A DNA stretch of 64,000 nucleotides from Octopus bimaculoides. Taxonomy: Eukaryota. The notes under the pieces are model-generated. The model saw only the letters and a list, made by a program, of their open reading frames with translations. It was not told the origin of the DNA and did no database searches. Within the stretch, counting starts at the first letter, position 1, and each line of letters starts with the position of its first letter. Location: contig NC_068989.1 in the NCBI RefSeq assembly GCF_001194135.2, forward strand, positions 10,098,842 to 10,162,841. Direction: 5' to 3'. Positions 38,885 to 50,692 of this stretch are shown here, in pieces. Position numbers and translations under genes: made by a program.

Positions 38885-39321
38885 TACAGCCAACCACTCA
38901 ATAAAGGACTAGAAGTATAGCTGCTGTGTTTTGTCCAGTGAAGCAGGTTTAGGTGCTTCGCCCACGAGCACAACATAACAAAAGTTGTGAAATCTAAATT
39001 AAAGATAACAATGTGGTTAGTAATCCAACACCTAAACATTATTGTCTGTTTCTCTGGAAACACGGGTGTTTTGTTCATCGTTCTTAAACAAACCTTATTC
39101 AGGGACCTTTTGAGTGCGATGGGCTACTCAACCTGAAGAAAATTCTAACAGGGCCCCACCTGTGAGGTCATGCATTGTTCATCTTAATATAAGATCACCA
39201 TGTTGTGCACATATGATTGCGATGCCTGGTGTACATTTGTCTGACGGGTAGTCATGATAGGTATATTGGGCTTCATATATTTGTACCCCAGTGTTACTTT
39301 GATGGCATGCACTGCACTCTC

Positions 39322-39361
<40 letters not shown>
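38885..39361 (+). mobile_element. 3' end of a (TAA)n-tailed non-LTR element (HERO/NeSL-like, degraded)
   Basis: Frameshifted VFCPV(E)AG..G and CLFLWKH resemble the RLE-clade PVEVG.RG...A S.WLW.KR tail; long 3' UTR ending in (aat)n at 39324-39361. Confidence 0.55.
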
Positions 39362-39454
39362 TAGATAGCTGAAAAGAACAGTTAGCATGGTACCGTAGGC
39401 TCCAACAAAACCGGAGATAAAAAGAATAATAATAATGATAATAATAATAGTTCC

Positions 39455-39565
39455 AATATAAGCACAAAGCCAGAAATTTTGTGGGCAGTGGGGTACAGTG
39501 AAGTATATTGAACCCAGAACTTGACTAATTCTTTAATTTTTCAACCCCAGGAAGAGGGGAAGGCA
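39455..39565 (-). mobile_element. SINE family B, degraded 3' part
   Basis: aagcacaaagccagaaatttt...tattgaacccagaacttgact...caacccc. Confidence 0.55.
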
Positions 39566-39781
39566 AGGGGCTGTGAAAAGTTCCCGGTTTTGGGTAAAGG
39601 AAATACAGGAGAATCAGTTAATTATGATGAATGATTTTGATCAACATATTCCCTTCTCAGATCCAAGCACTTATTGCAGTGGTCCTTCAGTTTTTTGAAG
39701 CCCTGGAAAACAACCCAGAAAGTTAGCCTCCAGTCAGGCCATTTGTGATACCCTTAAAGCGAAGAACTTTTTCCCCCACCC
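39566..39781 (-). mobile_element. Mariner-derived MITE
   Basis: TIRs ggggctgtgaaaagttcccggtttt / aaagcgaagaactttttcccc; internal minus-strand DHCNKCLDLRREYVD matches the mariner transposase end (W.KCI...GEYVE). Confidence 0.75.
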
Positions 39782-39784
39782 CCT

Positions 39785-39850
<66 letters not shown>

Positions 39851-40084
39851 ACTATATATATTTGCTAAATGGTGTAATGCATTTGGTCCCCCCACTACAA
39901 CTGATTCCACTTATCAACCATCCTTATATAACAATGGTGATGATGATTTCTTTCGTAGGCCACAAGGACCCAAAAACAATACAAAGATGAAATACAAAGA
40001 GAAACAGAAAACATTGGGGGTTTTATAACAGGTAACAGGGTGAGACTGACAAAGGTATATCAATAAATTAATAATAACAATAAA

Positions 40085-40129
<45 letters not shown>

Positions 40130-40376
40130 ATAATAATAAACAATAATACAAAATAACACTTACAGCATGGAATGACAAAATAAAAACAACAAACAATCAC
40201 TAAAATGGGGTGGGAGAACCACTTAGTATACTCCAGGGGTACCAAACACATTATCCCAGATTACCCTAGCACGCTAAAGACAATTGCCTTCTTACCAACC
40301 TACAGGTGTATAGTTCTTATGGCCACACCAATTTTACCATTCACACTTCTTTCATAATTATGAGAGAGCAGCACCA

Positions 40377-40410
<34 letters not shown>

Positions 40411-40418
40411 AAACTTAC

Positions 40419-40623
40419 ATCTCAAGTGGTATTTGAAGACGGTGATGAGAGTTTAGCCTGACAAGAAAATACTCTATCCACAAATCATTCAACCGTACCT
40501 ACCGTAGAACTTGCTTGACCAGCAGACAGAAGACTATCTGCTCTTACTTCTCAATCCAGAATACCAAATGCCCAACTTTAGACTGCACAAGACCCAGGAT
40601 TTCAACTAACTCAAAGAGATGAG
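40419..40623 (-). other. Candidate non-coding exon (205 nt)
   Basis: cattcttttcacAG|ctcatc...gagat|GTAAGT; no open frame. Confidence 0.25.
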
Positions 40624-40714
40624 CTGTGAAAAGAATGTCACACAATGAGTGACCACACCTGTCCACTATCATCATCATCCATGATGTACCATGTAAAAAG
40701 CACCCATTTTAGTG

Positions 40715-40990
40715 ATACATAGAAAGCACACATGCCAGTGTCTCATAGAAAGTACCTTGTGCTGGTACCATGTAAAAGCAGCCATGCCAATGCCAAATAT
40801 AAAGCACCTATGCTGGTGCCATGTAAAAAACACTTAGTACATTCTGTAAAGTGGTTGGCATTAGAAAGAACATCCAGCCATAGAAACCATGCCAACTGCA
40901 GCCTTGTGTAACTCTCAGGTGGCCAGCTCCTGTCAAACAATTCAACCCATGCCAGCATGGAAAATGTATGTTAGATGCTGCTGATGATGA
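40715..40990 (+). mobile_element. RTE-tail-type repeat with internal tandem ggtgccatgtaaaa units
   Basis: ...gtggttggcattagaaagaacatccagccatagaaaccatgcc...catgccagcatggaaa...(gat)n. Confidence 0.8.
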
Positions 40991-41126
40991 TTCTCTGCCA
41001 AGTGTCAACCTCAGGATATACCAGTTCATGGCATTCTGAGGCTCCCTTATATAGATGGCTGCTAGAAGGGTCTTTCCTTTCCAGATGACATATTAAAAAC
41101 CCACCAATATGTTCAAGTTAATTTCT

Positions 41127-41358
41127 TATTTCTTTATTGCCCACAGGGGGCTAAACATAGAGGGGACAAACAAGGACAGACAAAGGGATTAAGTCGATTA
41201 CATCGACCCCAGTGCATAACTGGTGCTTATTTAATCAAACCCGAAAGGATGAAAGGCAAAGTCGACCTCGGCAGAATTTGAACTCAGAACGTAGTGGCAG
41301 ACGAAATACCACTAAGCATTTTGCCCGGCGTGCTAACGTTTCTGCGAGCTTGCCGCCT
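41127..41358 (-). mobile_element. SINE family B, full length, 17-bp TSD
   Basis: Flanked by tgttcaagttaatttct at 41110-41126 and 41359-41375. Confidence 0.92.
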
Positions 41359-41413
41359 TGTTCAAGTTAATTTCTGTTCTTATCAACACCTCTACTTTTC
41401 ACTAATATAATTT

Positions 41414-41453
<40 letters not shown>

Positions 41454-41937
41454 GCAACAAATTCATAAAATACATAAACAGGTAAATTTCAAGAGTGGCT
41501 CCAACAGAGTTTAAGAAAAGAAAAAAGAAAAAAAATCAAGCAAACTCCTGGTTCTTTGAATGAGAACAGAACTGCTTTTGGAACATTTAAAAAGTAACAT
41601 GCACTGTAAAAGAAATTAATTTTAGTACATAATTATTGAATGCAATTACAAGAAACAAGAGCTGTTAATTAGGTTTAAGGTCAATCTTGGGGTGGGCAGG
41701 GAGATCGTAAGGAACTGACATGCAATTTGTTCATGACTAAAGAACCGAAATTAAAAACTCATAGACTTAAGAAGATATGCTTGTGCAGGGCTAGACTGAC
41801 ACACTATCTGTGCATGTTCCAATAATTATATCCTAAAACCATTTAGAACAATGAACGTACAGACTCAGAGCCATGTTGTTATATCATTCCAACATCATTA
41901 TGATATTGATGCTTTGCCAATTCAAAGATCTTTAAGA

Positions 41938-41972
41938 ATTAGTAGTAGTGGTGGTGGTGGTGGTATTATTAT

Positions 41973-42003
<31 letters not shown>

Positions 42004-42256
42004 AGAAGAAGAAAAAGAAGAAAAAGAAGAAGAAGAAAAAGAAGAAAAAAAAGAAAAAGAAGAAGAAAAAGAAGAAAAAGAAGAAAAAGAAGAAGAAGAA
42101 AAAGAAAAAGAAGAAGAAGAAGAAGAAGAAGAAGAAGAAAAAGAAGAAGAAAAAGAAGAAGAAGAAGAAGAAGAAGAAGAAGAAGAAGAAGAAGAAGAAG
42201 AAGAAGAATGGCAACAATAGTAATAATAATAATAACAATGATGATAATGAATATTA
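41938..42256. repeat. Compound trinucleotide array (AGT)(GGT)(ATT)(GAT)n(GAA/AAA)n(AAT)n
   Basis: Direct; source of the poly-E/poly-R/poly-F/poly-S ORFs. Confidence 0.95.
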
Positions 42257-43309
42257 TTGAAGAGAAAAGAAAAAGCACAACAGTACTGTGCTGCCAAAGT
42301 GTAAGTATAAGTTAGCATTCAGCTTTGGTTTTATGCATATTTTTAGCTTATGTTTATCAATTGACATGAGCGCTAATGTATCTGTATAAGACATTTGGCA
42401 GAGATTTTTAGAAATACTAGATTGCTGTTGATAAAGAAAGAGAAACTGCAGACAATTGAAAAACAACATTTATCTTTCCTTCTTTTTTTTTTTTCTCTCC
42501 CTGAATATTTCTACTTAAAAGGAATTAAAACCATGACAGATGACAGAAATTATGATATTATTGCTAATATAGAAACAAACAAAACAAAACCAAGTAAACG
42601 ACAACAACAAGAGGAAAAGAAAAAAAAAAAAAACTAATTTAGCATTAGTGAGATGAGGAAGATGAGAAGGAAGAGGAAGAAGAAAAATCAAGACCAGAAA
42701 AAAAAAAAAATAAATAAATGAAACTAGGATAGGAATTGACAGAAAAATGAAAACAAAAACCTACTTATTGCGAACATTCGGAATGTAGTCATGTGGAAAA
42801 AAAGAAAGCCAACAAAACGAGTAATAAGTTAATGGAAATTGATTTTAAGGTGTCAGCTGATGATGAGGAAGAAAAATGGGTTCATTATTACTGTAGCTAG
42901 CTTGTTGATACTCTGCAATGTGAATATGGAAGGTTTGAAGTGTTGAAAAACATAGGGAGAGTGCTGACAATAAAGAGACAACACCTGATGAATGGAACCA
43001 AGATGGTCCCTCTATCTTGTTATGTGTCAATTATAATGATTGGTACCGTTACTGACAGAATGTGTTCAGGACATGTAGACGGCCTTAGCTTTAGCTCTTT
43101 TCTACCTAAACGTCAACGGCACCCCATCCTCTCCATGCTATACAGTGTATTCTCTGTACAGATCTGCCTTAGCTAAAACTGATGTTTCCATTTGTTCTTG
43201 TTTCGTTTTGGAGTTTTCTGCCCCTCTCCCCAAACCAATTCAGCACTGTTTAACCTGAAACATCAGCACTACTACTACTACTACTACTACTACATCGTGA
43301 CTCGATGAG

Positions 43310-43530
43310 GCAGGTGGACTAGCAGAATTTAAAAGACAAACACCTCTCTCCAATCACACTCCTACATCAGTTTTTTTTTTGTTTTTTTTTTTAAGTACAC
43401 ACTAGAAACGTAATGTAGTCCTAGATACATTATGCCTGGAAAATAGACAAGATGCTTGAACACCATTCATTGTATGCAAGTATGCAAGTGTGCTCATTCA
43501 TATTCGTCCTAGGGTTAAACAACAACAGCA
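43310..43530 (+). mobile_element. (CAA)n-tailed retroposon 3' end (family D)
   Basis: taatgtagtcctagatacattatgcctggaaaa...ctagggttaaacaacaac. Confidence 0.7.
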
Positions 43531-45281
43531 TGTGTATACACACACGCACGCAAACACGTACACAAAATATTTCCCTCTCGTTAGACTCATCCAATCTCTA
43601 ATCAACTCCCTCTTCTAACGACCCAGCGTTTTTATCATTAATTTAATCTGGCTCTTCACCAGCTCGGCTCTTCACCAACATTTTTTCACCTTCACTTTAT
43701 AACATCCAATAAAACCAGTGATTTCTATAATATTCCCTAATATTACTCCTTATTATGATGGACTCTGTACTGTCACTGCTCCAGTTTCAACCATACAACT
43801 GAAATTGCCTTTCACACACGGAGAAAGATCATGACCGTCATTACAAGAGATACAGTCGATTACTGTTATTATTAACTCTACCCACAGTAATGTTTAAGTC
43901 ACCAAGGAAACAGAAATTATTGACTGTCTCCTTCTCCTCCACGAAATCCATTGTCATCGGCACCAATATTTTCAGGTGGCTTGGTTGCACAGCCTGCTGT
44001 GCAAGTGCATATAAAACCACTCTCTTTTTGTAATTGCTTGATACATCAATACATTTTTGCCAATATGTGATAGTTTATTCTTTATTCTCTTCACAGACTA
44101 TTCATTTCAAATTATCGTAGATAGGTAGCATTAAAACTGGTAATGAAATGTTAGTCGTTACAGTCGGATTTTTCGCAACAGTCATTAAAAGCAAACAAAC
44201 TACTATTTTGAAACATTTTAAAAAATATCATAAGCCAAATAAACCCACTATAAATAAATAAATATATTAATAAATAAATGAATACCAAAATAATAAATAA
44301 ATACAGAAAATCATAAAGTTCAAATTGAAAAAAAATCCTTTGAAAGTAAACAAGTCCTAAAATTTCTACATATAGGTTAACTGTTTCCCTACAATGATTA
44401 TAAACAGAAAAGAATATTAAAACATATAGCAAAAATGCGGTATAATAAAAACCACAAAATGGGAAGTTCTTACAATGGGAAAAATGATGTTTCTTTGACA
44501 GCATATATGAAATTATTAATATAAATTTAGATGTTTCATAATATTGTTACAATATATTGCAATGCATTTCTACATTAATTACAATAAACATCACGCACAA
44601 TCATATCAATAGAAATGCTGCCATACTTTCTCAAATCAGATCAGCTGCTCCAAAGAGTTGTTGGTAAGATGATAGAAAACAGTCATCTTTCCATAAGCAA
44701 ACTTTGGATTGCTTTTCTAAATAACATTTTCTGTAGCAAGCTAGATATTACAAAACCATTCCAACCGTTTTAAAAATAACCAGAGTAAAGATTTGTAGGA
44801 TATTTGGAGAATATGATTAGATCTTTGCAAATAATATGCAAAGACAAAGTTATCTGATTTTCGAAGTAATAATAAAAGATAGAGAATTAGATATTAACAT
44901 CAGCTTTCTAAAATCTGATAAAATTATTTTCAATTTAAAACTGAAGCAAATAGTTTTAAATAGTGTGTGTCAGCTTTAAATTATTAAACTAGTTTTGCAA
45001 CAATCATAACTTGTTTTAAAGTTGGTGATCAAATTGTTTTGTTAACAACCAGCTGTAGTTTGGAAATTACTTTCCTTCAGCAGTTTTCCAATCAACAACA
45101 CGGTTACTGCCCCCCCCCCCAAACCTTCCAACCTTGAATCAATCCTCTTAATCATTCACTTCGAGTCCCTAAAGATTAATTACTGTTAATCATTCAGCTC
45201 AGATTCAATCACATGNNNNNNNNNNTCCAACTCCTCATTAGAATAATTAATTAAGTCAAATACATACATAAATATATATAT

Positions 45282-45359
<78 letters not shown>

Positions 45360-46015
45360 CGATGTTGAAAGTACCATAAATTGCAAATATGCTAATGTAT
45401 TGTATACACATGAGCTAAAATATGACAGATAGACATAGATTGATAGAGAAATGTTAGTGTTTGGTATCTATCAGACTAGTTTTCTTTTTTTTCTATAGTA
45501 GAAAATATAAAAATATTTGAACCAACATAAATGCACATACTCCCACACTAATAGAACACAAAGTATTGGATAAAAAGTGAAATTAATAAAGCCGCGAGAG
45601 ATTATTAAATGGGGCAATCTTAGCTAAGTACAAGTTTCCATCTCCACCTGTAGCTACTTCAGCCCCTGTCATGAAACATTACATTAACAGAATAAACACT
45701 CCATTAAACAGACTCCCCTCAACCACCACCACTACCACCACCACCACAACCACTCCATCTCCTGCTTTCCACTCGAGTTGAAAGTGATGCAATTACTTCC
45801 TATCTTGCAACTTCAGATAAAGTAATCGTAAAGATTCAAAATATAGTTAAATTGTTGTTTCGGCAATTAAATTCGCTTCTAACTAATCTCTATATCTACG
45901 TGCTCAATGTAATTCCCATAGCAAACCACTTCCTTATATGTCTCTTGAGCCAGAACCAATACAACTATCTCTATCTTTCAGATATGTGGTGTGGTGTGGT
46001 GTGGTATGTGTGTGC

Positions 46016-46106
<91 letters not shown>

Positions 46107-46561
46107 TATTTATATATATATATATATTTATATATATATTTATGTATATATGCACACACACACACACACACACACACAGACATACATACACTTTAAAAAT
46201 CTTTCGATAATTAGGATGCCACAAATTAAAAATCAATACAACCGTACCTTCCATTTCCAACATGCAGAGAGTGAATGGCTGTTGCTATAATCAAATATCA
46301 ATACCCAACATCACATATTTATCTGGACAATTGTAACTGCTGATACTGATCTAGTTGGACATTATATATAGATCCCCATATGTATAGATTTTTCACACAT
46401 CTTATGACAGGTAGCATATTTACACTATAGGTATTGACAGAAAGGACTTCCTATTAATCTTGCCATTTACAACCATCATGCATTCTTATGCTAAAATTTA
46501 TTTCCCTGCTTTACTATGTTATAGCAACAATTATATCTATATCTGCATGCGTGGCTGTACA

Positions 46562-46602
<41 letters not shown>

Positions 46603-47456
46603 GCATGTATGTATATCTATTCAGACAGCTTCATATGAGCCGCATGCTTATATAATCAAACCTGACAACTATCAACTTAAATACATGCCATACGAAGCAA
46701 CTTTAAAATATTCAGCAAAAATCTTATAAAACTAGGATTGTTACAACGAATCCTTTTTAATGCGGTTTTTTCTCTCTCTCTCTCTCTCTCTTCCCCGCAC
46801 CACCACCACCACTTCTTCTCCTTACAGTGCCTGCTTCTTTATTTCATTTTAATTCTCCTATCTCATTCCTCCACCTGCCATAATTTTGAAATCAGTGAAA
46901 GGAAAATTGCACACAAAAAAGTTCAATGTGTTCAAGAGAGAGAGAGAGAAAAAAAAAGAACATTGATTTTTAATCAAACAGTTAACTCTCATCTATAATG
47001 TATAGAATGAGCAAATTTACTTATATATCAACAACTTACAGAAGCTAAGCAACAACACTTTTATATATATTACAGGACAAAATTGGGATTATAAATGAAT
47101 AACTTGTCCAATTTGAAGATTATAAATATCCAATATTCTATACTGTGCAGTTCTAGCTAGAAATAAAACTTTCACAGAATTCACTAGAAATAATTTAATA
47201 TTTCCTTAAATAGACGAATTTTTCTAATGGTAGTTTTATCTGTTTTGTTTATTAGAAATATTTCATCTTCATTTTAGCACCTTATAATTTCTGTGTGCAT
47301 GCAGGTGTGTGTAGTATGTGTGAGAAAGAGTGGGGGGAAGGGAAGACGGAGGAGAAAGTGGCTGAATCGACATGGGGACTTGCTTAATCTATATGCAATG
47401 TAAAGTAGTACACCCTAAAGAAAACCAGTGCCTATCACAAACAGCATGGCCATATT

Positions 47457-47502
<46 letters not shown>

Positions 47503-47623
47503 ACATCTGTATGTTTGTGTGTATGTATGCATGTATGTATACACGCTCGTATCACTTCATTGCAAATATATGAGTGTGTAACATATGCATGCATTTAGAT
47601 ATATATATATATAAATATTGATA

Positions 47624-47963
47624 GAAAGGACAACAGAAGAAAGAAAGAGACCTCGATATTATGTAAATAGTGGAATTTATCTGTAAAAATATGTGACACT
47701 TATTTGGTAGCCATGATAAAACTCCAGGTTTCGGATGCCAGAGTGGGAACCCACGCCAACTGAAAATTCCTGTGAAAAATGACCGTTAAACAAAGGGAAA
47801 TTACTGTGTGGTTGACCGTTATTAAGACAAAAGACAAAAGGTCATTTTTCACAGGAATTTTCAATGGTCAGATAACTGAAGAGATGTTGGCGTGGGTTCC
47901 CACCCCAGTATCCGAAAAGCGGATCTCTATCATGGCTACCGAATAAGTGTCACATATCTTTAC

Positions 47964-47968
<5 letters not shown>
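47624..47968. mobile_element. Penelope-like element in (TA)n with nested inverted repeats
   Basis: Outer arms 47678-47760 / 47886-47968; inner perfect 24-bp arms 47761-47784 / 47840-47863; (TA)n on both flanks. Confidence 0.8.
47871..47931 (+). ncRNA. Hammerhead-like motif with extended stem II
   Basis: GATAA|CTGAAGA|GATGTTGG-c-GTGG-gttc-CCAC-c-CCAGTATC|C|GAAA...TATC; the inverted arm supplies GAAAC-ctgga-GTT^TTATC, which pairs with GATAA. Neither copy is fully intact. Confidence 0.5.
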
Positions 47969-48003
<35 letters not shown>

Positions 48004-48319
48004 CATTAACAAAGTACATGCAAGTGAATGGCCATTGAAAAACAAGGGGAACAGAAAATTATGCTCATAATAAAAAGATCAGTTGATCCCAGTCTGGTCT
48101 CCAAGTGCCAAACTCATTTCAACTACTAGGAAATTAATTTCAGAGAAAATCTATCAGTGAACTCTTATAACTCTATTCTATAGAGTAAAGAAAATCTTCA
48201 AGAAAATTTAGGATTTAACCAAAGTTTAGCACTGAAAGCCACATAAACTCTCATTGCATAGTTCTGTGTGCCATTATCACATTTCCAGATAAGGACTTGC
48301 TATAGAAATAGTTTGGTAC

Positions 48320-48732
48320 TCAAGAGGCCCTCCAACCCCCATCCAGCTGTTCAGAAGTCTCCAATAAGACATTTGGCAGTGATACTGGCACTGTAGCCAC
48401 TCTGAGGTCTGTTCCTGGTTGTGGAATGGTGGCTTGTGCCTCAATGACCCAGAAAGCGCTTTGTCAGAAGGGCACAAGCTCCTAGTAAGGCCTCCCATGT
48501 TGAACAGGTCAAAGGATAAAGGCCAGACTTAATATCGAGCACCTTTTCCCAGCAATAAAAATGGGTTTGCATAGGACCAACAGCCCTACCTAGAAATAAG
48601 CAGATGTTTCAGAAGCATCGATGACAATTCCAAACCAACAAGACCTGGAAGGAGACTGGCCCAGAGTTGAAAACAGTGGAAAAAAGTTATCACTGGCCTA
48701 AGCTCCATAGAGGACAAGGGCTTAAGTAAATA
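48320..48732 (+). mobile_element. Internally deleted RTE-type element (5' UTR joined to 3' end)
   Basis: agctcctagtaaggcctcccatgttgaacaggtcaaagg...ggccagact resembles RTE 5' UTRs; followed by NKTWKE / RRLAQS*KQWKKVITGLSSIEDKGLSK* (RTE ORF2 end) and a taagtaa tail. Confidence 0.6.
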
Positions 48733-50644
48733 ATGGTACTGTACATATGTTTAATCTACTTTGCAAGATCTCTAAAAAAAAACAACAAAACTTGAAGGGA
48801 TCCCAAAAAAGTAAACAAACTTAAAAGCCACAAATTTTCATAGATGTGATGGAAGAATATTTATACGTTAAATGTTAGTGGCAGGAATTTCATACACATA
48901 GACAGCTCATTAAAAGTGTATACAGAGATTCCTATATATTAATGATGAATAGCTGCTCATTATTGAAGTTAAGTGGTGATTGAACAGGTGTTGATAACAA
49001 CAGTCGGAAGGCAGAAATATATTTATAAGAAAGAGTTTTAAATAATAATTCTAAATCAAGGAATAACAGAGAGAGGAAGGAAAATACCAAAGAAAAACAA
49101 AAAAAAAAAAAGTAAACTTAGTTGCTACACCATTGAATATCATTAGATTTTACTCACTTCCAAGAAGTTTAAGAACAAAAGAAAATGAAAGACTAGACTG
49201 CATGTAAATAGTGTTTACAGCAATCATGAAGATTTTCAGCAACAACAACCAAAAAAATATAAATAAACACAGAAAAAGAAATGGATAAAAACAGAAGGAA
49301 ATTTGAAACCAAACTACTTTCAAAGATAATAGCATTATATTTTCTATGAAGCTGTGTAATCCTGGGAGATTTAGTTGTACTGAATTATACAAACAATGAA
49401 ATTTTAGAGAATCAAATTGTTAGAGATGAAGTTAAGAAAAAAAAATGACAAAATGTTACTTTAGAAGTGCAATAGCATATAAAACAGTTAAGGGGATGAT
49501 GTAGATATTGATATAAGCAAAAAAATATTTTCAATTAATTGAAATTTCCCTCTTAATTGAAAGTAACCAAGAAAAATGGAAAAGCAGTAATTTGTACCAA
49601 ACCTAAGAAAAGGGGAGATAATTTTTTTTTTTTTTAATATTTCACTAAATTCATTTACGTCTTNNNNNNNNNNNNNNNNNNNNNNNNNNNNNNNNNNNNN
49701 NNNNNNNNNNNNNNNNNNNNNNNNNNNNNNNNNNNNNNNNNATCGTTGCAAGCCAGATGACAGCAGAGATTTTTTTTTTTTTTTTTTCCCTAAAACATGC
49801 AAAATGAATCTTGAACAATTATCTCCCCTTCTCTCATAGTTGCTAACAATTATAACTAGGTTTTTGTTTTCTTTCAACGAAGAAGATTTCAATAAGCAAT
49901 TTTAAAAAAATTTTTTTTTGTATATCATTTAGTACATCATCCCTTAACTTATTAATCTGAAACCAATTCCTTGACCCACTTGAGTTATTTCCTTTAACTC
50001 TTTTTTTTTTTTTTTTTTTAACATTATCCCATATAAATCTTTTGAATATAAACAGTTTTATAAGAATTTTATTTTTATGAACGATGTCTCCTAACAAATT
50101 TACAAGATGCTGTATTAAAGCATACGTTAGATGTTTTCTTAGAAACAATATTTCCTGTCCATAAACAAATACATACACAAATAAACATTAGTCTTTGAAT
50201 GTATACCTAAAAAAATACATTTAAGAGCTAAAAACAATACAAAGAAGTAATCAATGGATATTAAAAGGTATCTCATGAGAAATACCTAGAAATTAGAGCA
50301 TATTCTGAGTTAGTTAGGTCAGGATTCTTCATGCTATAACTTGCATGGCTCATTCAATAAAACATTGCAGTAGAATTTGCATAAAAATACAGAAATTCAT
50401 TAAAATATTAGTTTGCTTTCTTGGGTGATAGGCAAAAAAGGAGAGACTGAGAACTATTAATATACATGAGTGCATCGAGGAAGGAGGAGAATTGAAATGG
50501 GCGAGGGTGAAGTTCTTTTACTTTAATCAATAAGGTTTGGTTAGGCAATACAAATCGGGGTCCAAATCATGTACAAAATAGCTGGAGGACATGCAAGCAG
50601 CTGTGGTGTGTTGACCACACAAAATAGTCAAGGACTCTACAAAC

Positions 50645-50692
50645 CTGTTTGGATAAGGATAATGACGGGAATCAGAAAGATACCCTTTGTAC
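50645..50692 (-). other. Candidate 48-nt symmetric exon
   Basis: actgattttcAG|gtacaaagg...ccaaacag|GTTTGT; open frame YKGYLSDSRHYPYPN. Confidence 0.25.

Noticed and set aside
43860-44060. Minus-strand frame containing NNFCFLGD, like an RT F.YLG motif
   Set aside because: Single short motif without supporting RT domains.
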